DNA of 64,000 nucleotides, from contig CAVUWA010000011.1 of NCBI GenBank assembly GCA_963744995.1, forward strand, positions 192,001 to 256,000, read 5' to 3'. The first letter of the stretch is position 1. Every line of letters starts with the position of its first letter. The position numbers were made by a program, and so were the translations under genes. Positions 52,278 to 61,652 of the stretch are shown one piece after another. Origin of the DNA: Candidatus Eiseniibacteriota bacterium. GTDB lineage: Bacteria; Eisenbacteria; RBG-16-71-46. The notes below the pieces were generated by a model. It saw only the letters and a list, made by a program, of their open reading frames with translations. It ran no database searches and was not told where the DNA came from.

Positions 52278-55013
52278 CTACGGACCAAAGGACTCGATCG
52301 CGTGGCCGCCGCCCCCATCGCTGCGGGAGGGCATGTCCGCCACGCGCTGCGCCTCGGTCGCCCGCTTGATGCGCGCCCGCGCCTCGAGCAGGTGCGCGCG
52401 GGTGTTGTCGCCGAGACCCGACAACGCCAGCGCCTGACGCGCACGGCTGTCGATCCGCTCGAGCTGCAGGCGGGCGAGCGCGCGGGCGTCGTCCGGCGCG
52501 CGCGGATCGGGATCCACCATGATCGAGGCCAGCCGGTCCACGTACATGCGCTGCAGCGTGCGCCGCGTGTTCGGTCCCTCCAGCTTCGCCATGCCCGGCC
52601 CCATCGCGCCGTCCACCTCGCCCCAGATGGCGTCGGTGAGCAGGCGGAAGTGTTCCTTCAACGTGTACGGGTTCGCCGTGCGGTTCTCGCCTTCGCGGAC
52701 CCGCGCGAGCAGCATGGGTGCGGTCACCGCATTGAGGACGTTGTGCTGGATCGCGCCGACGATGTCGTCGAGGTTGTAGTCCACGCGCGCCGTCGGTGAG
52801 AACTCCGGCGGCAGACCCCAGTGCGCCCAGCGATCCGGCGCCAGGCGGTTGAGCAGCGACGGCGCCACTTCGAACGCGTCGGCAGCGAACGCGCGCTTCG
52901 CCAGGAACGCCATCGCCTCGCGCTGCTTCGCCGCCGGCACCGGGCGCAGCGGATCCACCTCGTCCGGCTGGCCGTGGCGGTTGCGCGACACGTACGCGCC
53001 GCCCATGTTCTTGACCGCGAGGCCGAGGGTGATCGCGTACTGCCCGAGCAGCACGTTCATCGCCCGGCGCAGCACCGGGTAGTCGCCGTAATCGCCGATG
53101 ATGCGCGACTCGAACTGATCGTTCTTCCACAGGCTCGCGATGTAGTCGCCACGATCCTGCGCGTACTTGAGCGGATCGTCGCCGAGGTCCCAGATGTTGG
53201 TACGCGGGTCCATCGCCCCGGCCGGATAGGTGTCGAGGTCGTTCGAGTACTCGTGGCCGGGCTCGTTCGATTCGTCCGCGATGCGACGCGCGAACTGGTA
53301 GTCGGCCGCGATGTCGTCCGAACCGGACGGCTGATACGCGTAGCGGATGGCCCAGAGGTCGTAGGTGCCCACGGTCGAGCCGTAGTACTCGCCCTGGGGT
53401 TCGCCCTTCACCGCAATGTTCGGCGCGGCGTAGTCCATCACCGAGCCGGTGAGGCCGTGCGAGCCGGTCCAGGCCTTGTCCTGGAGTTCCGCATACGGCG
53501 TGGAGGTGCTGGAGCGGAAGTTGTGGTAGAGGCCGAGCGAGTGGCCGACCTCGTGCATCGTCACCCACATGAGCCCGTTGCCCAGGTACTCATCGGGGAC
53601 CGGGCTGCCGGGCGGCATCGCGCCCTTCATCAGCAGGTCCATGTGCAGCAGCGATCCGCCGTCGGCGAGGCCGTTCTGCGCCATGCACATGTGATCGAGC
53701 GGCAGGAACGACGGCAGCTCGGGCAGCTGCGGCGTCACCCCCCCGGCGATCGCGGTCGGGCCGGCGTAGCGCCGGTAGTTGTTGCGGAAGCTCTGGATGA
53801 ACGAGTCCTCGACCAGCACGTCGGCGTCGAAGATCTCACCGGTGCGCGGGTCGACGCGCGACGGTCCGATCGCGCCGAACGACGGCGTGGAGGAGGTGAT
53901 CCAGCGCACGGTGCTGTAGCGCACGTCCTCGGCGTCCCAGTCGGGATCCTCTTCCTCGGTCGGCGCGTCCTTCGCGATGATCGCGTTCTTGAAACCCGCC
54001 GCCTCGAACGCCTTCTGCCAGTTCTCGATGCCCTTGCGGATCCAGGGGCGGTACTCCTCCGGAATCGTGCGATCGAGGTAGAACACGATCGGCTTCACCG
54101 GTTCCGACACTTCGGCGGTCGGATCCTTCTTTTCGAGGCGCCAGCGATTCACGTAGCGCACGAAGAAGTTCTCGTCCCGGTCGCGGGAGAAGTCCTTCAT
54201 TACCGTCATGAAATTGCCGACCCGGTTGTCGGCGAGCCGCGGCTCCATCGGTACTTCGGGCAACGCGCAAAGCGAGTAGTGCATCTTGATCGGGATGTAG
54301 CGCGAGTCCGGCACCGTGTGGAAGTCGGCCGCGTTGCGGTTGGAAGGCGTGTAGGTCAGCAGCGCCTCGATCTCGAGGTTCCGGGGGAACGCCTTCGTCT
54401 GCGTCATCGTCGAGCGGCTCTTGTCGAACCGCACCGGGCCGTGGAACACCTGCTGCATGAACGACGAGATGTCGGTGAGGTCGCTCACGAAGACCTCGGT
54501 CATGTCCACGAGCATCGCGGCGCCGGAGTCCCGCTCGCTCTCGATCTTGAGCGACGCGAGCACCGAGTTGCCCAGCGACAGGTGCATCGCCTTCTCGTAG
54601 GCCGAGCCCTTGGGCGCGGTAAACAGCTGATTCTTGTCCAGCAGCAGCAGGTTGTTGCCGTTGCGCTGGAAGCACAGCAGCCGGTCGTTGACGGGCAGGC
54701 CACCGAGGATGAAGTAGCTGCCCATCCCCTGGGCCAGACTGAACACGCCGAGGAAATCCTGATCGAGCTGCTCCTTCTTCACCTCGAAGAGGACCTTGTC
54801 GGGCCCTTCGTACACCGTGAAGAGGCCTTCCTTCTTCTTCGTGTCCTTGGTCACGGTCGCCCATGGCTTGAACGGCCCCTTGTCGCCTTCGCCGGCGGCC
54901 GACTTGCCGCCTTTCGCGGAACGCGCCGGTGCGGCCATCGCCGCGGGCGCAGCGAGGAACGCCACGAGGCTGGTGCACAGCAACGCGCGCTGCAGTCGCT
55001 GAACTGGAGACAT
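52278..55013 (-). CDS. zinc-dependent metalloprotease (EcxA-type metzincin), paralogue
   Basis: Sec signal peptide, DPRTGEIFDAD, HEVGHSLGLYHNF, SVMDY. Collinear with 48693..51425. Confidence 0.9.
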   Translation of the reverse strand: MSPVQRLQRALLCTSLVAFLAAPAAMAAPARSAKGGKSAAGEGDKGPFKPWATVTKDTKKKEGLFTVYEGPDKVLFEVKKEQLDQDFLGVFSLAQGMGSYFILGGLPVNDRLLCFQRNGNNLLLLDKNQLFTAPKGSAYEKAMHLSLGNSVLASLKIESERDSGAAMLVDMTEVFVSDLTDISSFMQQVFHGPVRFDKSRSTMTQTKAFPRNLEIEALLTYTPSNRNAADFHTVPDSRYIPIKMHYSLCALPEVPMEPRLADNRVGNFMTVMKDFSRDRDENFFVRYVNRWRLEKKDPTAEVSEPVKPIVFYLDRTIPEEYRPWIRKGIENWQKAFEAAGFKNAIIAKDAPTEEEDPDWDAEDVRYSTVRWITSSTPSFGAIGPSRVDPRTGEIFDADVLVEDSFIQSFRNNYRRYAGPTAIAGGVTPQLPELPSFLPLDHMCMAQNGLADGGSLLHMDLLMKGAMPPGSPVPDEYLGNGLMWVTMHEVGHSLGLYHNFRSSTSTPYAELQDKAWTGSHGLTGSVMDYAAPNIAVKGEPQGEYYGSTVGTYDLWAIRYAYQPSGSDDIAADYQFARRIADESNEPGHEYSNDLDTYPAGAMDPRTNIWDLGDDPLKYAQDRGDYIASLWKNDQFESRIIGDYGDYPVLRRAMNVLLGQYAITLGLAVKNMGGAYVSRNRHGQPDEVDPLRPVPAAKQREAMAFLAKRAFAADAFEVAPSLLNRLAPDRWAHWGLPPEFSPTARVDYNLDDIVGAIQHNVLNAVTAPMLLARVREGENRTANPYTLKEHFRLLTDAIWGEVDGAMGPGMAKLEGPNTRRTLQRMYVDRLASIMVDPDPRAPDDARALARLQLERIDSRARQALALSGLGDNTRAHLLEARARIKRATEAQRVADMPSRSDGGGGHAIESFGP

Positions 55014-55266
55014 CGCTTGAACTCCTTAGCGTGGGTCGGTGACGGCGCGGCGCGCGTCGCGTGCGGACCGCGGCGGATGCGGCGGGCTCGACGCGCCGTC
55101 CTGATGAAGCCGGAATGCGGCGGAGAGGCTATCGCCGCAGGCGTGAACGCAGAATGGCGGCCCGACCGGCGCGGCAAATCCCGCCACCGGCGGGGCGACG
55201 CCCGGATGCGTGGCGCGATCCCTGCCGCGCCGGACTGCGCGCCTCCCGGGAGCCGGCCGGGAAGAC

Positions 55267-56046
55267 CTACATCATCTCCCTGAGCCGCGCGTAGCCGCTG
55301 CGACTCACCGGGATCTCGCGGCCGCCGCGCAGCACCACGACCCTGCTGTCCTTCGTGTACGTCTCGAGCCGCTCGATGCGCTCGAGGTTCACGACATACG
55401 AGCGGTGCACGCGCACGAAGCGTGACGGGTCGAGCGCGTCGGCGAGCTCCGAGAGGGTCTGGGTGCGAAGGTGCATCTTCCCTTCCACGTGGATGCCGAC
55501 GTAGTCGTCCTGCGCCTCGATGAAGTCCACGCGCGCGACCGGAAACACGAGCACCTGCGCACCGTCACGGATCAGGATCCGGTCCAGCCAGCGGCCCGGC
55601 GGGCGCGCCGCCGCAGCCAGCTGCGCCGCGGGTGGCGCGGGCGCGGGGGCGCCGTCCGCCGCGGCCCGGCGCCGTTCGCGCACGCGGGCGAGCGCCTCGG
55701 CCAGACGCTCGCGCCCGTAGGGCTTGAGCAGGTAGTCCACGGCGTTGACCTCGAACGCGCGCAACGCGTGCTCGTCGTAGGCGGTGACGAACACCACCGC
55801 CGGACCGGGATCGAGCAGCTCCAGCACCTCGAATCCGGTGAGCCGCGGCATCTGGATGTCGAGGAACACCAGATCGGGCCGCGCCTCGCCGATCGTCTTC
55901 ACCGCGGCGAAGCCGTCGCCGCACTCGCCCACCACCTCGACGTCGGCGTGCGCGCCCAGGTATTCGCGCAGCAGGGCGCGTGCGGGAGGCTCGTCGTCGA
56001 CGATCACCGCGCGCAGCCGCGCATCGGTCCGGGACGTCTCGTTCAT
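55267..56046 (-). CDS. LytTR family response regulator
   Basis: VIVDDEPPAR, FLDIQMP, FVTAYD, DYLLKP, FVRVHRSYVVN, PVSRS. Confidence 0.93.
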   Translation of the reverse strand: MNETSRTDARLRAVIVDDEPPARALLREYLGAHADVEVVGECGDGFAAVKTIGEARPDLVFLDIQMPRLTGFEVLELLDPGPAVVFVTAYDEHALRAFEVNAVDYLLKPYGRERLAEALARVRERRRAAADGAPAPAPPAAQLAAAARPPGRWLDRILIRDGAQVLVFPVARVDFIEAQDDYVGIHVEGKMHLRTQTLSELADALDPSRFVRVHRSYVVNLERIERLETYTKDSRVVVLRGGREIPVSRSGYARLREMM

Positions 56047-57164
56047 GCCGTACCTCCGGGCGCCGTGACGGCGGCGTCCGCCGTTTCGGTCGCAGGGAGC
56101 GTCAGGTCCACTCGATATTCGTCGCCATCGTGCACGGCGCTCAGGCGTCCGTGGCGCGGCGCCACGGTCTGCAGGCGGCGGCGCACGTTCTCGAGCCCGA
56201 GGCCCTGCCCCGGCCGCGGCGTGGCGTCCGCGTCGCACGGGTTCACGATCCGGATCCGCAGCAGCTCGCCGTCGCGGCGTGCCGCGATGCGGACCTCGCC
56301 GCCCTCGACCCGCTCGGAGACCCCGTGCTTCACCGCGTTCTCGACCAGCGGCTGCAGCACCAGCGGCGGCACCAGGCACCGCGCCGCATCCTCGCTCACG
56401 TCCACCACGCTGCTCAAGCGTGCGCCGAAGCGAACGCGCTCGATGCCGAGGTAGCGCTCGACCAGCGCGACTTCTTCGTCGAGCGGCACCTGGTGGCGAG
56501 CCGCGAGCGCCAGCGTGCGGCGCAGGAAGTCGCCCAGCCCCTCGCACATGCGGCGCGCGCCCTCGGGGTCGCTGCCGACGAGGGCATTGATCGAGTTCAG
56601 GCTGTTGAACAGGAAGTGCGGGTTGAGCTGCGCTCTCAGGGCACGCAGCTCGGCGTCGCGGGCGATGACCTGGGCTTCGAGCACGCGACGCTCCGCCGCC
56701 CGCGAGGACTCGAACGCGATGATCAGGTAGTGGGCGGCCGCCGAGGCGAGGTAGAGCGGCACGCCTGCCGTCACGAACACGGTGAATGCGTGCGCGTGAA
56801 TTCGGGCCGCCTCGAGCGCGCCGTGCGCCGCGTCCGCTCCCGGCGCGGCGAGCAGCGCTTCGGTGATCCGGCCCCACAGCGTCGCCATCACGCCCCAGGC
56901 GAAGCTCGACACGACGGCGGCGCCGAGCAGCATCGCGAGCACGCGGGTGACGGGCGTGCGGCCGAGCGGCGCGGCGCGGCACACCCACCACGCCGACAGG
57001 CCTATGAAGGCGTACAGGAACGCCATCGGCACCGTGTCGACAGCGGCGCGGGCGAGCGGGCGGCCGGTGGTGACCGTGAGCACCGCGGCGAGCAGCGCGC
57101 CCACCGCGAGCCACGAGACCAGGTAGAGCGTCAGCCGCAGCCGGTTCGAGAGGATCGGATGCAT
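56043..57164 (-). CDS. LytS/YehU family sensor histidine kinase
   Basis: Transmembrane N-terminus, LRAQLNPHFLFNSLN, LQPLVENAVKHG, GLGLENVRRRL. Confidence 0.92.
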   Translation of the reverse strand: MHPILSNRLRLTLYLVSWLAVGALLAAVLTVTTGRPLARAAVDTVPMAFLYAFIGLSAWWVCRAAPLGRTPVTRVLAMLLGAAVVSSFAWGVMATLWGRITEALLAAPGADAAHGALEAARIHAHAFTVFVTAGVPLYLASAAAHYLIIAFESSRAAERRVLEAQVIARDAELRALRAQLNPHFLFNSLNSINALVGSDPEGARRMCEGLGDFLRRTLALAARHQVPLDEEVALVERYLGIERVRFGARLSSVVDVSEDAARCLVPPLVLQPLVENAVKHGVSERVEGGEVRIAARRDGELLRIRIVNPCDADATPRPGQGLGLENVRRRLQTVAPRHGRLSAVHDGDEYRVDLTLPATETADAAVTAPGGTA

Positions 57165-57907
57165 CAGCCGTTCTTGATCTCGACGCCGCCCATCATCACG
57201 AACCCCTTGAGACGCAGCGTGCTCGTGCCCACCGGCGCCACGCTCTTGCGATCGTCCTCCACCGCGCCCATCACCGCCTGCACGTCGTTGATCACCGTCC
57301 AGTCGTCGGGAACGGTCACCTCGAGCCCGCCCATGACCACCAGCACCTCGACTTCCGCGCCCTCCGGCACCGCCCGCGCGCCGCGCAGGTCCAGCTCGCC
57401 GCCGCCCATGACGGCGGTGAAGTCACCGCCGCGTAGCGCCTGCGACGTGGACTTGCGGTCCACGCCGGACCAGACGGCGACACAGCTGAACGTATCGGAG
57501 TCGGCAGGGCCGCCCGCATCGGCGACCCGCTCCGTGCCGTAGACCCGGACATTGCGGTGCCGCCACCGCCGGCCCGGGCCCCGCGCCGAGCGCCAGACGA
57601 TCAGCCCGCCGAGCGCGATCAGGAACAGCGGCCACGCGTCCGCGGCGTCCCAGCGGAACAGGTCGAACTGGTCGATCGAAAACAGCACCCCGAGCAGCAG
57701 GAAGATCGTGCCCGCCGTCGGCCGCCGCGGCGTCCCGAAGCCGATCAGCTTGCTGAGGCCGACCGCGATGAAGATCAGCGGCCAGAAGCGGATGATCCGC
57801 TCCGCGTCGATCATCCCCGCGTTGTCGAGCGTCCACAGCACGCCGAGCGTGACCAGCACCAGCCCGAACCACAGACGGGCGCCGAAATGGACCCGCGAGC
57901 TAGGCAC
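57164..57907 (-). CDS. LiaF-like membrane protein (DUF5668 transmembrane part plus DUF2154-like C-terminus)
   Basis: G.VL..LG..W.LDN and WPL...G repeats. AVMGGGELDLR, MGGLEVTVP.DW, MGGVEIK. Confidence 0.85.
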   Translation of the reverse strand: MPSSRVHFGARLWFGLVLVTLGVLWTLDNAGMIDAERIIRFWPLIFIAVGLSKLIGFGTPRRPTAGTIFLLLGVLFSIDQFDLFRWDAADAWPLFLIALGGLIVWRSARGPGRRWRHRNVRVYGTERVADAGGPADSDTFSCVAVWSGVDRKSTSQALRGGDFTAVMGGGELDLRGARAVPEGAEVEVLVVMGGLEVTVPDDWTVINDVQAVMGAVEDDRKSVAPVGTSTLRLKGFVMMGGVEIKNG

Positions 57908-58205
57908 GCGCCACCTCCCGCTTCAGGCGCAGCAGCGCCCAGGCCGCCGTGGCTCCGGCCAGCACCGCCGCGGCGCCGAGTGTCAGCCACGGGGCGAACG
58001 CGCCGGCGAGCACGCGCACCACCCGCAGCGCGACGCCGATCATCTCGAGCCGCGCCGGCCAGTCGATGACCGGTCCCAGCACGAACAGCAGCAGCGTGTT
58101 CTCGACCGCGAGGAACAGCGCCGTCCCGCACAGCAGCAGTGCCAGCGCGGCGCGCGGCAGCCCGCCGCCCGCGGCGGCGCCGTTCCGCATCACCTGACTA
58201 CGCAT
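57900..58205 (-). CDS. small membrane hypothetical protein
   Basis: GGAGGT RBS. Overlaps both neighbours in the operon and has hydrophobic helices. Confidence 0.6.
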   Translation of the reverse strand: MRSQVMRNGAAAGGGLPRAALALLLCGTALFLAVENTLLLFVLGPVIDWPARLEMIGVALRVVRVLAGAFAPWLTLGAAAVLAGATAAWALLRLKREVARA

Positions 58206-58587
58206 GAGGCTCACCTCCGGGGGCGGCGGCGTCCTGCGAGCCCTTGAACAACGGCTCCAGCAGCACGCGCGCCACGATGCTCAGACCGACCGCGACCAGC
58301 GCGAGCGGCCAGGAGTTGCTCCAGTCGAATCCGTACCAGTGGTTCACCGTCACCAGGAACCAGCCGCCGAACAGCACGAGCCCGAAGCCCGACCCGACGC
58401 TGTGCGCCGAGGACCAGAGGGCCATCCGGAACAGACCGAAGAGGATCACGATGTACGGCCACCACTCCCACGCCGGGCCCAGATGGACGATGTCGAACCG
58501 GCTCATGAGGAACAGCACGCCGAGCGCCACGAGCAGGAGCCCGAACAGCACGCCCTCGCGCGGATCCTTTTTCCTTCTCGATCTCAT
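58198..58587 (-). CDS. DUF5668/LiaF-transmembrane-like protein
   Basis: FGLLLVALGVLFL, WWPYIVI..G, SWPLALVAVG. Confidence 0.82.
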   Translation of the reverse strand: MRSRRKKDPREGVLFGLLLVALGVLFLMSRFDIVHLGPAWEWWPYIVILFGLFRMALWSSAHSVGSGFGLVLFGGWFLVTVNHWYGFDWSNSWPLALVAVGLSIVARVLLEPLFKGSQDAAAPGGEPHA

Positions 58588-58668
58588 GGCTGCTGCCCTC
58601 GATGGGGCCGGCCCATCCGGCCCGACACACGCAAGTTACGGCCGTTCCCGCCGTGGTGCTGCAACGGA

Positions 58669-58721
58669 CCGGCGAACGGCCGCGGGGGGTCGGTGAATGA
58701 CGCCTCGGGCCCGGCGGACGG
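58669..58721 (-). promoter_or_regulatory. three direct repeats at 21-bp spacing, likely LytTR binding sites
   Basis: Minus strand CCGTCCGCCGG, TCATTCACCGA and CCGTTCGCCGG, at plus coordinates 58711, 58690 and 58669. A -10-like TAACTT lies at 58638-58633. Confidence 0.65.
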
Positions 58722-58803
58722 CGCCCGGCGGGCGACGGAACCGGGGCCGCGGCGGCAGCAGGCGCGGCCGGACGCGCTCCGCCGTCCGCCCCGGCCTTGC
58801 GCA

Positions 58804-59091
58804 GGATCGTGCGGCCGCGCCAACCCGCACCTGACGGTGGCCGGCGCCGCCGGCGCGGTGCCGGCCGGCGGCACGCTGCGCGTGCTGACCGGCGACTACG
58901 CCGAGACGATGGTGCTGTCGAACCCGATGGAGGTGCGCGACTACGGCGGCGCGGCCGTCATCGGCGCCGGCGCCGCACCCGCCGCGGCGTCGAGCGCCGA
59001 TCGTGACGCACCGCCGATCGAGGGCGACGGCGCGAACCGCGCCGCGCACGCAAACGCCCCGCAGGCGACCGCCACGAAAGCCGAGCGCTGA
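58804..59091 (+). pseudogene. orphan remnant resembling a C-terminal module of secreted proteins
   Basis: NPHLTVAGAAGAVPAGGTLRVLTGDYAETMVLSNPMEVRDYGGAAVIG has coding-like codon use but no upstream start codon or RBS. Confidence 0.35.
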
Positions 59092-59147
59092 AGACGCCGG
59101 CGGGCGCGGTGGTGCCGTTCCGCCCCACCGCCTTGCCCGCGCCGGCC

Positions 59148-59627
59148 TCAGCCCTGCTTCACCGGTTTCCCGAACGCACGGCGCAGCATCGTGATCTGCC
59201 CGGCGTGGTAGAGCACGTGCTGGATCTGACCGTGGATGAGCACGTTCCAGCTGTGGTCGATGCGCGGCCGGCGGCGGCCCAGCTTCTTCACCGGAAAGCG
59301 CGCCACCTCGCGGCGGAAGCGCGCGTGCGTGCGCGCCAGCCGCCGCTTCGTCGCCTTCCAGGCCGCCGGGCTGGTCTTCGTCACGGGTGGGAAGTTCAGC
59401 TCCGGCGTGACCTGCACCGGCTGGCCGGCGAGGCGCTTCGCCACGATCTCGTTCCAGCTCGCGACGTGCTCGACCAGCGCCCAGATCGAGTGCATGCCGC
59501 GCTTCAGGCGCTTCGCCGCCATCACGGAACTGACGCCGTCGAGTGCCTCCAGCATCGAGGGCCCGTGCCAGGCCTTCGCCCGGTAGGCGCGGTCGATGAG
59601 ATCCAGGGTGCGCTGACGCTCCGCCAT
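59148..59627 (-). CDS. DinB family protein
   Basis: AWHGPS, HSIWALVEH, QHVLYHAGQI. GGAGG RBS. Confidence 0.85.
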   Translation of the reverse strand: MAERQRTLDLIDRAYRAKAWHGPSMLEALDGVSSVMAAKRLKRGMHSIWALVEHVASWNEIVAKRLAGQPVQVTPELNFPPVTKTSPAAWKATKRRLARTHARFRREVARFPVKKLGRRRPRIDHSWNVLIHGQIQHVLYHAGQITMLRRAFGKPVKQG

Positions 59628-59753
59628 CGTTCAACCTCCTCGCTTTTCCGGCGCGTGCCGGAACGGATTCGCGTTACGGGGACGCCGGGCAGCGTAGCAC
59701 CGCCGGGGCGCGGTGCGTTGACAGCCGCCGGCAGCTTCGCTCTTATCCCGATC

Positions 59754-60239
59754 ATGTCAGCCGACGTGCGCCTGCGCGAAGTGATCGATGACGACGTGCC
59801 CGTGTTCTTCGAGCAGCAGAACGACCGGGTCGCATCGGACATGGCCGCCTTCCCGCGCCGCGACCGCGAGGCGCACGCGGCGCACTGGCGGAAGATCCGC
59901 GCCGACGCCACCTGTTGCGCGCGCACGATCCTCGAAGGCGATCGGGTCGCGGGCAACATCGGCTCGTTCGATCGCGACGGGCTGCGTCAGGTCGGTTACT
60001 GGCTGGGGCGCGCGTTCTGGAGCCGCGGCATCGGCACGCGGGCACTGGCGCTGTTTCTCGCTGAAGCCGAGCTCTCGCGGCCGCTCCATGCGTACGTCGT
60101 GAAACACAACGTCGGCTCGATCCGCGTGCTCGAAAAGAACGGCTTCGTGAAGCTGCGCGAGGAGACCGCGCCGCCGGATGAGAGCGGGGCGACGATCGTG
60201 GAGTTCCTGATGCGGCTGGAGGCCCCGGCAGGCCGCTGA
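59754..60239 (+). CDS. GNAT N-acetyltransferase (RimJ/RimL-like)
   Basis: VGYWLGRAFWSRGIGT, HNVGSIRVLEKNGF. TTGACA at 59718. Confidence 0.88.
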   Translation: MSADVRLREVIDDDVPVFFEQQNDRVASDMAAFPRRDREAHAAHWRKIRADATCCARTILEGDRVAGNIGSFDRDGLRQVGYWLGRAFWSRGIGTRALALFLAEAELSRPLHAYVVKHNVGSIRVLEKNGFVKLREETAPPDESGATIVEFLMRLEAPAGR

Positions 60240-60338
60240 GGCGCGGAGCGTGGCCGGAGACCCGCCGGCGCAAATCTCCTCAGAGGACTCCCCCGGGCGC
60301 GCACGGCCCGATGCGGCGCGCGCCCCCGCTCGACCCGC

Positions 60339-61028
60339 CTACCTGTAGCGGACCTTGACCGACCCCCACGAAGCGCGACGCACCGGGACGGCGAGGTCGA
60401 ATCCGCGACACGAGACCACCGACACGCCCGCCGGCAGACCGCTGAAGCGGATGCGACCGACCTCGGTGAGATCCAGCCCGCCGGTCCCCACCTGGCGGTG
60501 GGTCCACAGGACGTGCTCCAGCGTCTCGGGCGTTCCGGCCATGATCGTCAGAGGTATCTGCAGCGTCGCGTGCAGTTCCTTCTGCGTCTCTCCGGTGCCG
60601 CTCACGATGCCCAGCGCCGCATGCAGCGTGTCGGCGTCACCGCCGTGCAGAAGTCGTGCGCCGAAAACCGATCCGCAGGCCAGATTCCCGCAATCCCCGA
60701 CCAGCACGGCGGTCACGTCCACCTGCAGCTCGGCGGTGCACGACACCGGCATCCCGTCCGGCACCCCGGTGACGTCGTAGGTATCGCGCGATTCGAGAAT
60801 CGTCGGATCCAGCCGGCAGCAGGCTCCGACCTCCAGCCGGCCGAGGGCCAGATCGTAGGCGACGTGGGAAGAACCGGCGGAGCCGTCCGTCGAGTCGTAG
60901 GCCGCGGCCGCCGTCTCGAACGGCGTCTTCGCCATGAACAGGATGCCGGTCTCCGGGCAGACGCCGGCGAACGCGGCGGCCGGCGGGACGGCGGCGAGCA
61001 GGGCGATGATGACGAGGGTGCGTTGCAC
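60339..61028 (-). CDS. secreted Cys-containing protein with C-terminal SWG..K..YR tail
   Basis: AGGAGG RBS and GTG start, signal peptide ..AAAFA, ends PVRRASWGSVKVRYR. Confidence 0.8.
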   Translation of the reverse strand: MQRTLVIIALLAAVPPAAAFAGVCPETGILFMAKTPFETAAAAYDSTDGSAGSSHVAYDLALGRLEVGACCRLDPTILESRDTYDVTGVPDGMPVSCTAELQVDVTAVLVGDCGNLACGSVFGARLLHGGDADTLHAALGIVSGTGETQKELHATLQIPLTIMAGTPETLEHVLWTHRQVGTGGLDLTEVGRIRFSGLPAGVSVVSCRGFDLAVPVRRASWGSVKVRYR

Positions 61029-61190
61029 GGGACCTCCTGGCCGTCGCTGCCGGCCGGAGCGCGGGGATTCCGCCCGGGATTCTAGCGCCCCCCCGCCGCG
61101 TCCATCAATACACGCGCACACTCCCGGGACCCCGGTCATCCCTGCCGCGCGCCCGTCCAGGCCTTTCTCCGCGCCGGTCCCGATTCGGGT

Positions 61191-61243
61191 TGACGACAAT
61201 TGTCGCCATGGCGCATGCTCCCTGTGACGACAATTGTAGCCAC
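61191..61243. promoter_or_regulatory. two BlaI/MecI/CopY-type palindromic operators overlapping the promoter
   Basis: TGACGACAATTGTCGCCA (61191-61208) and GTGACGACAATTGTAGCCAC (61224-61243), with the ACA-N2-TGT core. Promoter TTGACG-N18-CATGCT. Confidence 0.8.
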
Positions 61244-61256
61244 GGAGGAATCGCCG

Positions 61257-61652
61257 ATGCCGAAGTCGATGCCCACCGGGTCGCAGGAACTCGCCCTGCT
61301 GCGTTACATCGCGGAACACGGGCCGCTCACCGTCGGCCGCGTGGCCGAAACCTACGGCGCCGAGCATGGCCTCGCCCGCTCGACGGTCCTCACGGTCATG
61401 GAGCGCCTGCGCCGCAAGGGACACCTCGGTCGGAAGCGCATGGACGGTGTCTACGTCTACGCCTCGTCGCTCGACAAGGCGGGCGTGCTGCGCGGCGCGG
61501 TCGGCCAGTTCATCGAGCGCGCGCTGCAGGGCTCGCTCTCACCCATCGCCGCCTATCTCGCCGAGCGCGGCGAGGTGTCCGACGAGGAATTGCGCGAGCT
61601 CAGGCGCGCGGTGAAGGCGCTCAAGAAACGCCCGAAGGGCGGCCGAACGTGA
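61257..61652 (+). CDS. BlaI/MecI/CopY family repressor
   Basis: ELALL..GPLTV, LARSTVLTVMERLRRKG.L.R, LSPIAAYL..S.EEL.EL. Confidence 0.9.
   Translation: MPKSMPTGSQELALLRYIAEHGPLTVGRVAETYGAEHGLARSTVLTVMERLRRKGHLGRKRMDGVYVYASSLDKAGVLRGAVGQFIERALQGSLSPIAAYLAERGEVSDEELRELRRAVKALKKRPKGGRT

Noticed and set aside
48756..55283. Long antisense ORFs (912 aa and 820 aa) and many other Arg/Ala/Pro-rich ORFs across the window, e.g. 37834-40044 and 16220-17878
   Set aside because: These are shadow frames of well-supported genes in high-GC DNA, with no motifs or RBS.
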